The notes under the pieces: model-generated
Seen by the model: the letters and a program-made list of their open reading frames with translations, nothing else
Database searches by the model: none
Told to the model about the DNA's origin: nothing
Shown: positions 51,596 to 61,520 of the stretch, piece after piece
Numbering within the stretch: position 1 is the stretch's first letter
Layout: each line of letters opens with the position of its first letter
Translations under genes and position numbers: made by a program
DNA from: Candidatus Omnitrophota bacterium
GTDB lineage: Bacteria > Omnitrophota > Gorgyraeia > Zapsychrales > Fredricksoniimonadaceae
Reading direction: 5' to 3'
DNA: 64,000 bases
NCBI GenBank assembly: GCA_903860135.1
Contig: CAIOPG010000017.1
Span: 75,364 to 139,363, forward strand

Positions 51596-53113
51596 TTACC
51601 GCCCGGCCTCAACAGTCGCCGCCCCCAAGCGAGACGCTAGCGCTGGCGTGAAACTTCCCGGCAGGCATCGCCACAGCCAATTCCCATCCGTCGTGGACGG
51701 AGTATTCATGCGCCCCTCTTCCCCGATACCTAAAACATCCTGTAACGGGATCACGGCGAGCCGTGCCGGTGATCGCAGGGCCAGTCCTATCATGACGTCA
51801 TTGATCTCCTGCCAAGGCACCTCACGGCCGCAATAAGCCAGCATATGTTTTTTCTCAATCAACGAAATATCACGCGCATACCACCCGCGAATAGTGTTAT
51901 TGTCGTGCGTTCCCGTATAAACTACGCTAAGCGGTAAATAATTTTCGGGAATATCACGGCTTTTAGCCGGCTCTGTATGAAAAGCAAACAAAAGAACCTT
52001 CATGCCCGGCAGACCAAAACGCTCTTTAAGGGCATCCACATCCGGGGTAATAATACCCAGATCTTCCGCGATGATCGGAAGATCTGGAAACTCGCGTTGG
52101 AAAGCAGTAAAAAGCCCGACACCAGGAACATCGCACCAACTGCCGCGCACCGCCGTCGGCTCTGAAGCCGGTATTTCCCAACACTGGGCAAAGGCTCTGA
52201 AATGATCAATACGCACGAGATTGAAAAACGCAAGGTTATGCCGCAAACGCTTGATCCACCAGGCAAACCCGGTCTCGATATGATGCTCCCAGGCATATAC
52301 AGGATTCCCCCAGCGCTGGCCATCCCGGCTGAAATAATCCGGAGGAACACCAGCCACAAACGTCAATCGCCTGTTTTCATCAAGCTTGAACAATCCCGGT
52401 TCACGCCAGACATCAACACTGTCATAATTAACATAGATCGGGATGTCTCCAATTAGCCCGACACCACGCAGAGAAGCATACGCCTGAAGTGCCGTCCACT
52501 GGCGATAAAATAAAAACTGGTAGAACTTTTCCTGCCGTAACGCATCAGCCCCATCTGCAATCGCCGCTTTCAAATCCTTAGGGCAACGATCACGCAAGCC
52601 AACAGGCCAATCCGTCCAGCTAACATGACCAAAACGGCGTTTGAGTACAACGAAGAGCGCGTGATCATCCAGCCAATACGCCTGACTGTCACAAAAACCC
52701 GCGAACGCACGCCATAAAAACGATTGGTCGTTCAGTGCTTGATAGGCTAAAGACAGCATCTGCGCCTTTCGGGCATAGACCTCATCAAAAGCAACCGCCG
52801 CACTGCTAGGAACGCGGCAAGCACTCAACTCGGCAGAGGTAAGCAAGCCATCCTTGTGTAAATGATCAGGACTAATAAACAGCGGATTAAAAGCAAAAGC
52901 CGAGTATGTGCTGTACGGTGAATTCCCGAGCGCGGTATCGGTTGGATTGAGCGGTAGCACCTGCCAGTAGTGCTGATGCGCCTGATGCAACAAATCAACA
53001 AAAAGAAAAGCCTCTGGACCAAGGTCACCAATCCCGTACGGTGATGGCAAGGAGGATATATGGCATAACAACCCCGACGACCGATGATCCATCATGGTGG
53101 ATAAACCTCTCAT
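51596..53113 (-). CDS. malQ: 4-alpha-glucanotransferase (amylomaltase)
   Basis: …RSSGLLCHISSLPSPYGIGDLG… GH77 N-terminal signature; 505 aa. Confidence 0.85.
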   Translation of the reverse strand: MRGLSTMMDHRSSGLLCHISSLPSPYGIGDLGPEAFLFVDLLHQAHQHYWQVLPLNPTDTALGNSPYSTYSAFAFNPLFISPDHLHKDGLLTSAELSACRVPSSAAVAFDEVYARKAQMLSLAYQALNDQSFLWRAFAGFCDSQAYWLDDHALFVVLKRRFGHVSWTDWPVGLRDRCPKDLKAAIADGADALRQEKFYQFLFYRQWTALQAYASLRGVGLIGDIPIYVNYDSVDVWREPGLFKLDENRRLTFVAGVPPDYFSRDGQRWGNPVYAWEHHIETGFAWWIKRLRHNLAFFNLVRIDHFRAFAQCWEIPASEPTAVRGSWCDVPGVGLFTAFQREFPDLPIIAEDLGIITPDVDALKERFGLPGMKVLLFAFHTEPAKSRDIPENYLPLSVVYTGTHDNNTIRGWYARDISLIEKKHMLAYCGREVPWQEINDVMIGLALRSPARLAVIPLQDVLGIGEEGRMNTPSTTDGNWLWRCLPGSFTPALASRLGAATVEAGR

Positions 53114-54285
53114 TAAAAGAAATCAACGCAAAGATCTTTCATCTGCCGAATATTAAGTATATCCGTCGGACGGGAAAGATAATACCCCTGCACCGCATCG
53201 ATCCCCAAAGCGACGAGCATATCCATTTCTTCCTTGCACTCAACCTTTTCAGCGATCATCACACTATTGCTTCCCCTGCAAAAAGTAACGATAAATTTGA
53301 TCAAATCCTGCTTCAACGGCTCCAGATGCACATTGCGGACAATCGCAGCTGAGATTTTAATAACCTCAGGTTTCATGAGAGCTATGGATTTTAAACTTTC
53401 ATAACCGCCACCAGCGTCATCGACGGAAAGACTGAACCCAAGATTACGGTATTGACTCAAATGGCGTACAAAAACATGGTAATCACTGATGGCCGTGCGC
53501 CCTTTTATCTCTAGGATGATCTTGTTAAAAGGAATTTTATTCCGCGAAAAAACATCCATAATGGATTGAAACTTGGGATGTTGAATAAGATAAGGACTGC
53601 AATTGAAAAGGAACTGTTCATTCTTGGCGGCAACGGCTACAACATCAAGGGCCTTTTGCAGACAGATCATCTCCAGAGAATAATACATATCGTGATTGAT
53701 CGCGGCCTTAAACATTTCTTCCGTATTACTGAAGAACGACCCCGCCACTGGGCGGCTTAATATCTCAACCCCAAAAAAACGGAAAGGATTGAGATAATAT
53801 ACCGGCTGAAAATACGGCTTAATAAGCCCCTCATCGATGATCTTTGAAATCTCCCGGGCAACTTCACGCTGAGGATCTTTCTGAACACTCTTTGCCGAAC
53901 TGTTCCCGCGCCGCCACAGCACATCCATGCGCCCCAGCAACTCTTCTTTATCAACTTCTTGATGCAAGCAATCATCGGCACCGACACGATACCCCTTAAG
54001 GAACAAGGCAGACTGGGCATCTCCGGTCAGCATGATAATGGGGATATGTTGTGTCCGCGGATTTTTTCTTAGGCGACTGCATATCTCAGCCCCGCTACTG
54101 TCTGAAACCTCATCACCTACTAGGATCATATCCAATTCAAGAGCTTCAGCCTTCTGAATAACACCGTCAGAAGACACGGCCGTCAGCACATCTATCCCAT
54201 ATTCTTCCAAGACAAGACTTAGTTTTTTGATTTTTTCCACATCACCATCAACAAGAAGAACTTGTTTTTTTCCTATTTCAACCAT
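53113..54285 (-). CDS. response regulator with REC and EAL (c-di-GMP phosphodiesterase) domains
   Basis: REC Asp pocket (…LLVDGD…, …MILVGDE…), EAL domain with …EIL… and conserved D/E residues. Confidence 0.8.
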   Translation of the reverse strand: MVEIGKKQVLLVDGDVEKIKKLSLVLEEYGIDVLTAVSSDGVIQKAEALELDMILVGDEVSDSSGAEICSRLRKNPRTQHIPIIMLTGDAQSALFLKGYRVGADDCLHQEVDKEELLGRMDVLWRRGNSSAKSVQKDPQREVAREISKIIDEGLIKPYFQPVYYLNPFRFFGVEILSRPVAGSFFSNTEEMFKAAINHDMYYSLEMICLQKALDVVAVAAKNEQFLFNCSPYLIQHPKFQSIMDVFSRNKIPFNKIILEIKGRTAISDYHVFVRHLSQYRNLGFSLSVDDAGGGYESLKSIALMKPEVIKISAAIVRNVHLEPLKQDLIKFIVTFCRGSNSVMIAEKVECKEEMDMLVALGIDAVQGYYLSRPTDILNIRQMKDLCVDFF

Positions 54286-54430
54286 AACAATACCTGCTCC
54301 TGAAGAAATGAACTCGGGTTCATCCCAAAATATCTTGCTTATCGAAAAATGCGGATTAAACGCTTAATATTATAATACTCTACTCCGTATTCCTAAATAA
54401 GAAAACAACTCTGAACGTTTTCTTTCCTAA

Positions 54431-54961
54431 TCAACTTTTTGCGCAATAGCTAAAATACAAGGATACGCCATTATCATTAGATCGTTCAGACCGCGACAAT
54501 TCCAAGAAACAGGATGGAATATGCGGGAAAAAAACATCACAATCAAAAACACCGTCAATATGTGTTAAATAAAGGCTCTGGCAAGCCGCGTGATGAACAG
54601 CCTCGGTGAAAACACGCGCACCTCCGATAACAAATACCCTGCCGAGATCACCCCTTGAAGCATCACAACAAATATCCAAGGCTTCCTGAAAAGAACCCGC
54701 CCTGTTAACACCCGGCGGCAAAATATAATGCGCATGGCTTGTTATGACAATATTGGTTCTGCCTGGCAGTGGCCGGAATTTTTCAGGAATAGACTCCCAG
54801 GTCTTGCGTCCCATGATTACGGCATTCGTCTTTCCAGGCACAGCATCCATCGTGACATCCCTGAAATGCCTGAGGTCCGCCGGAAGATGCCACGGCATAA
54901 CTCCGTCCTTGCCGATACCCTGCTCCCTGTCAAAAGCCACAATAATGGAGAAATCTTTCAT
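54431..54961 (-). CDS. folA: dihydrofolate reductase
   Basis: 176 aa; …AVIMGRKTWESIP… motif. Confidence 0.85.
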   Translation of the reverse strand: MKDFSIIVAFDREQGIGKDGVMPWHLPADLRHFRDVTMDAVPGKTNAVIMGRKTWESIPEKFRPLPGRTNIVITSHAHYILPPGVNRAGSFQEALDICCDASRGDLGRVFVIGGARVFTEAVHHAACQSLYLTHIDGVFDCDVFFPHIPSCFLELSRSERSNDNGVSLYFSYCAKS

Positions 54962-54964
54962 GCC

Positions 54965-55801
54965 TCACACCGCGATAGGAAATTTAATGAACGCATCATG
55001 CGCATAGCCTGACAACGTGATATCCTCAAAACCATATTCCAGAACTTTCTTGTCTGCCAATTCAAGGCTGGGCAATCGCTTGGGCACCCTGGTTAATTGT
55101 AACCTGAGTCCGTCGACATGATTAAGATAAATATGCGCGTCTCCGAGCGTATGCACGAAGAAACCTGGCGTAAGATGGCATTCCCGCGCAACCATACTTA
55201 ACAAGAGGGCGTAACTGGCAATATTAAAAGGCACCCCCAGGGCAATATCGGCAGAGCGTTGATATAACTGACAGTCCAGCCGGCCATTAACAACGTAAAA
55301 CTGAAAGAACGCATGGCACGGCGGCAGGGCCATACGTTCAACATCTGCCGGATTCCAAGCGGTAACGATCAAGCGGCGGGAATCCGGTGAATGCTTGATC
55401 ATTTCGATAACCTGGGTGATCTGGTCCAGGTGAGACTTGGCGTACCCTCCATGGCCATCCCCAACAAACTTCTCCCACTTGCGCCACTGATAGCCGTACA
55501 CAGGTCCAAGCTCACCGTGCGTATCCGCCCAGGCATTCCAGATAGGTGTGTGCGCCTTAAGACCGTCGTTTATATTTGTCGCCCCGCGTAAAAACCACAA
55601 CAGTTCATGGACAATGGCGTCAAAAAGGATCTTTTTGGTCGTGACAAGAGGGAAACCCTGCCGCAAATCATACCGTGACTGGTAGCCAAACACCGATAAA
55701 GTACCTGTTCCAGTACGGTCGGTCTTTTCTTCACCATGATCAAGAACATCCCGCACAAGGTCAAGATATTGCCGCATATAAAACCTCATCGATGTTGACA
55801 A
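54965..55801 (-). CDS. thyA: thymidylate synthase
   Basis: …[12 protein letters not shown]… active-site Cys motif; 278 aa. Confidence 0.9.
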   Translation of the reverse strand: MSTSMRFYMRQYLDLVRDVLDHGEEKTDRTGTGTLSVFGYQSRYDLRQGFPLVTTKKILFDAIVHELLWFLRGATNINDGLKAHTPIWNAWADTHGELGPVYGYQWRKWEKFVGDGHGGYAKSHLDQITQVIEMIKHSPDSRRLIVTAWNPADVERMALPPCHAFFQFYVVNGRLDCQLYQRSADIALGVPFNIASYALLLSMVARECHLTPGFFVHTLGDAHIYLNHVDGLRLQLTRVPKRLPSLELADKKVLEYGFEDITLSGYAHDAFIKFPIAV

Positions 55802-55836
55802 TATTAGTTGATCTTACAATCTATAAAAGAATTACC

Positions 55837-56730
55837 TTATAACGACCCATCATCGCGCCCTGAAGTCAAAGAACGCCTGAAAAGAAAAGCGCACCATTCC
55901 TTCCCTTTGATAATCTTGACACATTCCAGCCCCGCAGACAAGCCATAAGCCTTTTTTACCAGCGGCATATTTTTCAACGCAATACCTGAAATGATCAGAT
56001 GCCCGCCAGGAGCAACACTGGCAACGATCTTCTGTCGAAATGCCACAAGATCATGGGTGATCAAATTGGCCGCCACAAGGTCGAATGTGCGTTGGAGCCC
56101 ATACTCTCCGACATCGCCTGCCTTAAGGACATCACAACGCAGGCTGTTGGCTTTCAAGTTCACACGGGCGGCCTTCACGGCACCCGCATCAATATCAAAG
56201 GCTTCCACATAACGGGCACCTGATCTAAAAGCCACGATGCTCAGGATGCCGGTACCTGTGCCAATATCAAGAAAACTTTTAAAAGTATCTGTCAACCCCT
56301 CGATAAGCCCTGCCGAGAATCGTGTGGTTTCGTGCAGACCTGTCCCAAAGGCTGACGTCGTTTCAAGATAAAGCGGCGTTTTCCCGGACGGACATTGGGC
56401 TTCGCTTAAAAAAAGAGGGATCACATAAATCCGGGGCGTCAACATGAAAGGTTTCCAGCCTTTTTTCCAGCGCGTTTCCCAATCAACTTGCCGGTGCATA
56501 CGGATGGAGATCGCGACCCCCTTTAATTTTAAAGCCCGTAAAGATCGTGCAAGCCGGCGGGCTGATGCGACCAAGGGAAAGAACACGGACATCTTCCGCC
56601 CCGCCCTCCCTTCTTCCGCGATAATATTTTCAGGCAGAACACCCAACAGGACAAGGCAGGCCTGTATCATTTCACGCGATGAGCCATCGTGTCCCGAGCG
56701 CAAACATACTTCATGGAGTATTTTCATCAT
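55837..56730 (-). CDS. prmA: ribosomal protein L11 methyltransferase
   Basis: …FLDIGTGTGILSIVA… SAM-binding motif; 297 aa. Confidence 0.8.
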   Translation of the reverse strand: MMKILHEVCLRSGHDGSSREMIQACLVLLGVLPENIIAEEGRAGRKMSVFFPLVASARRLARSLRALKLKGVAISIRMHRQVDWETRWKKGWKPFMLTPRIYVIPLFLSEAQCPSGKTPLYLETTSAFGTGLHETTRFSAGLIEGLTDTFKSFLDIGTGTGILSIVAFRSGARYVEAFDIDAGAVKAARVNLKANSLRCDVLKAGDVGEYGLQRTFDLVAANLITHDLVAFRQKIVASVAPGGHLIISGIALKNMPLVKKAYGLSAGLECVKIIKGKEWCAFLFRRSLTSGRDDGSL

Positions 56731-56841
56731 GCCCTTTTATTGAGAAAATAAAGATTACGGCTGTGGCTCCGACAACAAGAAAACCGCCGAAGATATTCTC
56801 CAACGGTTTTCTTAAAAACGATCCGAAATATTCTTCCTGAT

Positions 56842-57612
56842 TCAGGCCTTCTTGCCCTGATTGGCAACCCCTGCAATTTTGGCCTGAATTTTCGCCTGAT
56901 CACCCAAATAATAATCCCTCACAAAGCCAAGATCCTTGTCCAGCTCAATGACCAGCGGGATCGCGGTCGGAATATTGACCTCAGCGATATCCGCATCACT
57001 GATACCTTTAATGTGTTTAACAAGTGCTCTCAAGGAATTACCGTGCGCGGCAATAATAACCTTACGCCCCTGGAGTATCTGCGGAACAATTTCAACAAAC
57101 CAGTAAGGCAACGCGCGCGCCACGCAATCTTTCAGGCACTCGGTCAATGGCAACTCTTCCGGAGCTATATCGGCATAGCGGGGATCCTTGCCGGGATACA
57201 TGGCATCATCGCGTGAAAGCGGCGGCGGCGGGACATCGTAACTGCGGCGCCACTGCTTGAATTTTTCTTCACCGTATTTCTTCAAGGTATCCGCCTTGTC
57301 AAGCCCTTGTAAAGCACCATAATGCCGCTCATTCAAACGCCAGTTCTTTCTGACGGGTATCCAGAGCAGGTCCATTTTATCAAGCGCAACGTTAAGTGTA
57401 TTGTTGGCACGGCGCAGCAGCGATGTGTAGGCAAGGTCAAAGGCATAGCCTTCTTTCTTCAGGACCGCCCCCGCTTCCTCGGCTTCAACGATGCCATTAG
57501 GGGCAAGGTCAACATCAACCCATCCGGTAAAGCGATTCTCTTTGTTCCATGTGCTTTCTCCATGACGCAACAAAACGATCTTATACGACGACATGCGAAC
57601 GGTTCCTTTCAT
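56842..57612 (-). CDS. gpmA: 2,3-bisphosphoglycerate-dependent phosphoglycerate mutase
   Basis: …[10 protein letters not shown]… phosphohistidine motif. Confidence 0.9.
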   Translation of the reverse strand: MKGTVRMSSYKIVLLRHGESTWNKENRFTGWVDVDLAPNGIVEAEEAGAVLKKEGYAFDLAYTSLLRRANNTLNVALDKMDLLWIPVRKNWRLNERHYGALQGLDKADTLKKYGEEKFKQWRRSYDVPPPPLSRDDAMYPGKDPRYADIAPEELPLTECLKDCVARALPYWFVEIVPQILQGRKVIIAAHGNSLRALVKHIKGISDADIAEVNIPTAIPLVIELDKDLGFVRDYYLGDQAKIQAKIAGVANQGKKA

Positions 57613-57663
57613 TAAAATTCAAAAATAATATTGGCACGGGAAAATAAAAACCAGGAAGGTCAA

Positions 57664-57858
57664 TCATTTTTTCGGCTTCAGCTTGCCATTCTTTGTCTGG
57701 TGATGATCGATCCACGCCGAAGCGTAATGATCAAACCAATCATTGGCCGCCGCCTCAAAACCGATGTCATACCCCATCATCTCGCTTTGAAGCCATTTAT
57801 GACGGTCGATCTCCTCAATCACCTCTTTATCCTGAAGCATCTTTTCGCGATCCATCAA
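57664..57858 (-). CDS. small hypothetical protein (64 aa)
   Basis: ORF in otherwise non-coding 385-nt gap; …DRHKWLQSEMMGYDIGFEAAANDWFDHYASAW…; no family assigned. Confidence 0.35.
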   Translation of the reverse strand: MMDREKMLQDKEVIEEIDRHKWLQSEMMGYDIGFEAAANDWFDHYASAWIDHHQTKNGKLKPKK

Positions 57859-57997
57859 GGAGTTTCCTTTCAGTTATGTAACTAAAATTATTTTAAGACT
57901 GATAAGCCATACCGTCAAACAAAATCTTTTTCAATTTAATCCGCAAAACTATGCGACTTTTAAAGTTATAACCCGACACCATTAGAATGAAGAATGC

Positions 57998-59020
57998 CTA
58001 GATAACGATCATGGCATCTCCGTAACTGTAAAACCTGTACTTTTCACGGATAGCTTCCTGGTAAGCCCGGCGGACAAGGTCATACCCGCCAAAGGCCGCG
58101 ACGAGCATCAAAAGGGTACTGCAAGGAAGATGGAAATTGGTGATCAGAGCATCTGTCATTTTAAATGCTGAACCGGGATAAAGAAAAATAGCCGTCGACC
58201 CCTGCGCCTTCGCTGTACGCGCCAAAGTCTCGAGCGTGCGGCAACTGGTCGTCCCAACAGCCACAATCTTGCGCCCGCAGGCCTTAGCTTCCAAACAAGC
58301 ACTCACAGCCCTGGCGCTGATCGCATACTCTTCAGCATGCATGCGATGACGCGCGATATCCTGCGTCTCGACCGGTTTAAATGTCCCGTAGTTGACATGC
58401 AGTGTAACCTCATCAAAAAGATGCCCTTCGTTGATAAGAGAAGCCATAAGATCTTTCGTGAAATGAAGGCCCGCCGTCGGCGCGGCCACTGAACCGGAAT
58501 GTTTGGCATAAACCGTCTGATAATTGATCCGGTCAACAGCCTCATCCGGACGCTTGATATATGGCGGCAAAGGAATATGTCCAATCTTTTCGAGCTCAGC
58601 CAGCACATCATCCCGGTCAAACTCGACCACCCGCTCCGCCCGGTTCACTAATCTAGCCGTTATACCACCCGCAAAGACAAGAGTTTCGCCATCACGGATC
58701 TTCTTGAGAGGCCTCAACATGGCTTCAAAGCGACGCCCTCCGATAGCGCGCAACAAAAACACTTCCACCGCGCCGCCAGATGACTGCCGGTGCCCATTCA
58801 GCCTTGCTGGGATCACGCGTGTATTATTAACAATAATAAGACTTGACGGCGGGAGGTAACGTCCGACTTGACGGAACACATCATGGACAAAGGTCCCTTG
58901 TTGACGATCAACAACAAGCAACCGCGCATCATCGCGACACGAAGAAGGATGCTGGGCAACAAGCGCATCAGGAAGAAAATAATCAAAATCACTCAGTTGC
59001 ATACCGGGCGGACACCCCAT
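57998..59020 (-). CDS. queA: S-adenosylmethionine:tRNA ribosyltransferase-isomerase
   Basis: …DFDYFLPDALVAQHP…, …TAGLHFT… motifs; 340 aa. Confidence 0.9.
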   Translation of the reverse strand: MGCPPGMQLSDFDYFLPDALVAQHPSSCRDDARLLVVDRQQGTFVHDVFRQVGRYLPPSSLIIVNNTRVIPARLNGHRQSSGGAVEVFLLRAIGGRRFEAMLRPLKKIRDGETLVFAGGITARLVNRAERVVEFDRDDVLAELEKIGHIPLPPYIKRPDEAVDRINYQTVYAKHSGSVAAPTAGLHFTKDLMASLINEGHLFDEVTLHVNYGTFKPVETQDIARHRMHAEEYAISARAVSACLEAKACGRKIVAVGTTSCRTLETLARTAKAQGSTAIFLYPGSAFKMTDALITNFHLPCSTLLMLVAAFGGYDLVRRAYQEAIREKYRFYSYGDAMIVI

Positions 59021-59092
59021 ACGGATTGGTTACAAAGAAAACCCTTGCGACTTTCTCTCTTCGTCATAAAATATACATAGAAAGGCACTACT

Positions 59093-59449
59093 ATGCTATT
59101 GAATGATATCCTCAATAAATTGCGTCAATGGGACAAACGGTCAAATCAGTGGTTTTCAAAGAATTTCTCTGTTCTTCTTTTTGAAATTGTCCTGGTGGTA
59201 ATTTTTGTATTTTTCATTGATTATATGATGAATATTATCACTATCAGCGACCAAGTCAAAAAAGAAAGTGTTACTGAGCAAATCCTCATGTCACAAGCGG
59301 GACTGATGCTTCTCGTTGTGCTTCTTCTGCTATTCAACTCGTTCCTGATGCTGTATTTATTTAACAACATCCTGAGGATCAGCGGACTGCTCAAGAACCT
59401 TGATTACAATCTGGGGCGTCGCCAGGCACCGCGCGAAAGCGACATATAG
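59093..59449 (+). CDS. small AT-rich 2-TM membrane protein (only plus-strand ORF in window)
   Basis: 118 aa; hydrophobic helices VLLFEIVLVVIFVFFIDYMM and GLMLLVVLLLLFNSFLMLYLF. Confidence 0.45.
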   Translation: MLLNDILNKLRQWDKRSNQWFSKNFSVLLFEIVLVVIFVFFIDYMMNIITISDQVKKESVTEQILMSQAGLMLLVVLLLLFNSFLMLYLFNNILRISGLLKNLDYNLGRRQAPRESDI

Positions 59450-59481
59450 CGCGCATCTTTCAATAGATAGTATAATGCGGG

Positions 59482-60747
59482 TTAAAAATATTCATTGCTG
59501 ATCTCTATGGCTTTGTTGCGGGCGGCTGTCCACAGATCTTTGGGTTTTTGTGAATCAAGACGATAACGAAACATTTTTTTATACCCGGCCTCGGCGATGC
59601 TCGTTGATACACAGTAAACAGCTGCCGTATTTAATCCCGGAATATTGCGTCCGAGCGTCACAGGCATGCGCATTTCAAATTCCACGCGTTCCATCACCCC
59701 GGCCAGAAGAGCTCCGCCACCCACGACAACAATGCCCCCCTTGAGCTGTCCTTCATAACCAGATTCAGTGACTGCCGCACGCATATGCCCGATCAGCGTG
59801 TTGATGTCTGGTTCTACGGCCCTGGTGATCCTTGCCCGCTTCACAGGAACAAACACCTGTTCTTTCTTGACCAATATCTCTTCGCCTGCCCCGCGCCCCG
59901 CCTCTGGGGAAGTATCAGGTAATTCAACATAGCCGTAAGATTTTTTTATATCTTCCGCAAGAACAAACGGAATGTTAAGTTCTGCCGCAATGCGTTGCGT
60001 CAACAGTTCTCCGCCGACGGCAACCTTGCGAAAATGCTTCAAAAGCCCCTCTTTGAACACCAGGATCATCGTTGTCCGCGCACCAAAGTCAATGAACACA
60101 CACCCCTCGGTCCGGCGGCGTTTATCGAGCATGGCATCACTGGCAGCGACTCCATTGAAATGAATATCATTCACCTCAAAACCAGCCTGCTGAACCGCCT
60201 TGGTCAAATTCCGTAAACGTGTGATATTGGCCAAAACCAGCAGTGTCTCAACCTCCAGTTTGCGGCCATAAAGCCCGGCAGGATTAAAAGCAATATTCAC
60301 ATCGTCGATTTTGTACTGCTGGACAATATCTGTCAGAACTTCCTCTTCAAGCCTGACCCCCAGCATCCTGGCCTGGCCGCGGGCATAACGCAGATCTTTC
60401 TCGCTGACGATCTTGTTGCCGCGCTCGACCAAGGGAACCAAGGCCCGGCTTAAACGCATATCGACAAATTCACCGCCAAGCCCCAGATGAATGTCGCGCA
60501 CCTTTCGCTTGGTTCGGCGCGCGATCCCGTCAATGACGGCGCTAACGCACGATGAAAACTCACCGATATCATTGATCGAGGCTCCCGCAAGCCCCCGCGT
60601 TTCCACTTCATTGACAGCCTGCAACTCAAGCGTATCGGCATCCGCGACACGGCTTAAGCTTGCCTTGAGTTTATGGGTGCCGATATCCAGCCCGCAGTAA
60701 AACTGGTCGCCCAAAAACTGTGTCAAAAATCTACGTATGCCTTTCAT
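59482..60747 (-). CDS. ftsA: cell division protein FtsA
   Basis: Actin-fold motifs GLDIGTHKLK, IDFGARTT, VVVGGGALLAG; 421 aa. Confidence 0.9.
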   Translation of the reverse strand: MKGIRRFLTQFLGDQFYCGLDIGTHKLKASLSRVADADTLELQAVNEVETRGLAGASINDIGEFSSCVSAVIDGIARRTKRKVRDIHLGLGGEFVDMRLSRALVPLVERGNKIVSEKDLRYARGQARMLGVRLEEEVLTDIVQQYKIDDVNIAFNPAGLYGRKLEVETLLVLANITRLRNLTKAVQQAGFEVNDIHFNGVAASDAMLDKRRRTEGCVFIDFGARTTMILVFKEGLLKHFRKVAVGGELLTQRIAAELNIPFVLAEDIKKSYGYVELPDTSPEAGRGAGEEILVKKEQVFVPVKRARITRAVEPDINTLIGHMRAAVTESGYEGQLKGGIVVVGGGALLAGVMERVEFEMRMPVTLGRNIPGLNTAAVYCVSTSIAEAGYKKMFRYRLDSQKPKDLWTAARNKAIEISNEYF

Positions 60748-61520
60748 TTCTTTACCTTCTTCTGCCCGATGACGGGCGCTCCAAAACGAAGATCAATGTA
60801 TTTCACCAGCGCAAGATCAAGCCCTCCCCGGACCATGACACCCGCCAACATCCTGAGCCCAGGCATGGCATTATCCTTGTCGATGATCACGTCAAAAAAT
60901 ATCGTTTCATCACGGCCGAGAAGGCACACAATACGCGCCGGATCATCGATCACAATAGAAACCAGCGCTATTGAAGAAAGTGCCTTGTCCGAATGAAACC
61001 GCTCGACTATGTCGAGGGCCGTATGCACGCGCTCATCCTCAAGCGGATTACCGGTAATAACTTTTTGCCGTGTCAGGCCCTTGATAACAGGCAAAGATCG
61101 CTGGTCTTCCTGGGGCGGCCCAATGATATAGCCCGCACGGTCAATGACACACGGATGACCGTCCATGGAAACCAAGGCAAACGGCTCCCTTTTGATCGCG
61201 CTCACAACCAGCTGATCCGGACAGCGGCGCATGACACGCAGGCGCGCCAGCTGGGGATATTTTACCCTTAGCCTCTCCTCAGCTTTCAGAAGGTCAACCG
61301 TAAAAATATTCTGCCCTTTTAATCTTGCCAGATCAGAGATCCCCAGCGGCTGGGCCTGCTCGTCAACAACAATATCCTTCACCGCAAAGAAAGACGATGT
61401 CATCAGAAGTGACCCCGCCGACATCACCACAAGAGCAACCCCCAGCAAAAAAATCAGGACCAGCCCCCCGAGACGAAGAAATTTGGGATCAAAGGGAGGT
61501 GTTTGTTTTTTTCTTGCCAT
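60744..61520 (-). CDS. ftsQ: cell division protein FtsQ/DivIB
   Basis: N-terminal TM then POTRA-like region; overlaps ftsA and murC-ddl. Confidence 0.75.
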   Translation of the reverse strand: MARKKQTPPFDPKFLRLGGLVLIFLLGVALVVMSAGSLLMTSSFFAVKDIVVDEQAQPLGISDLARLKGQNIFTVDLLKAEERLRVKYPQLARLRVMRRCPDQLVVSAIKREPFALVSMDGHPCVIDRAGYIIGPPQEDQRSLPVIKGLTRQKVITGNPLEDERVHTALDIVERFHSDKALSSIALVSIVIDDPARIVCLLGRDETIFFDVIIDKDNAMPGLRMLAGVMVRGGLDLALVKYIDLRFGAPVIGQKKVKK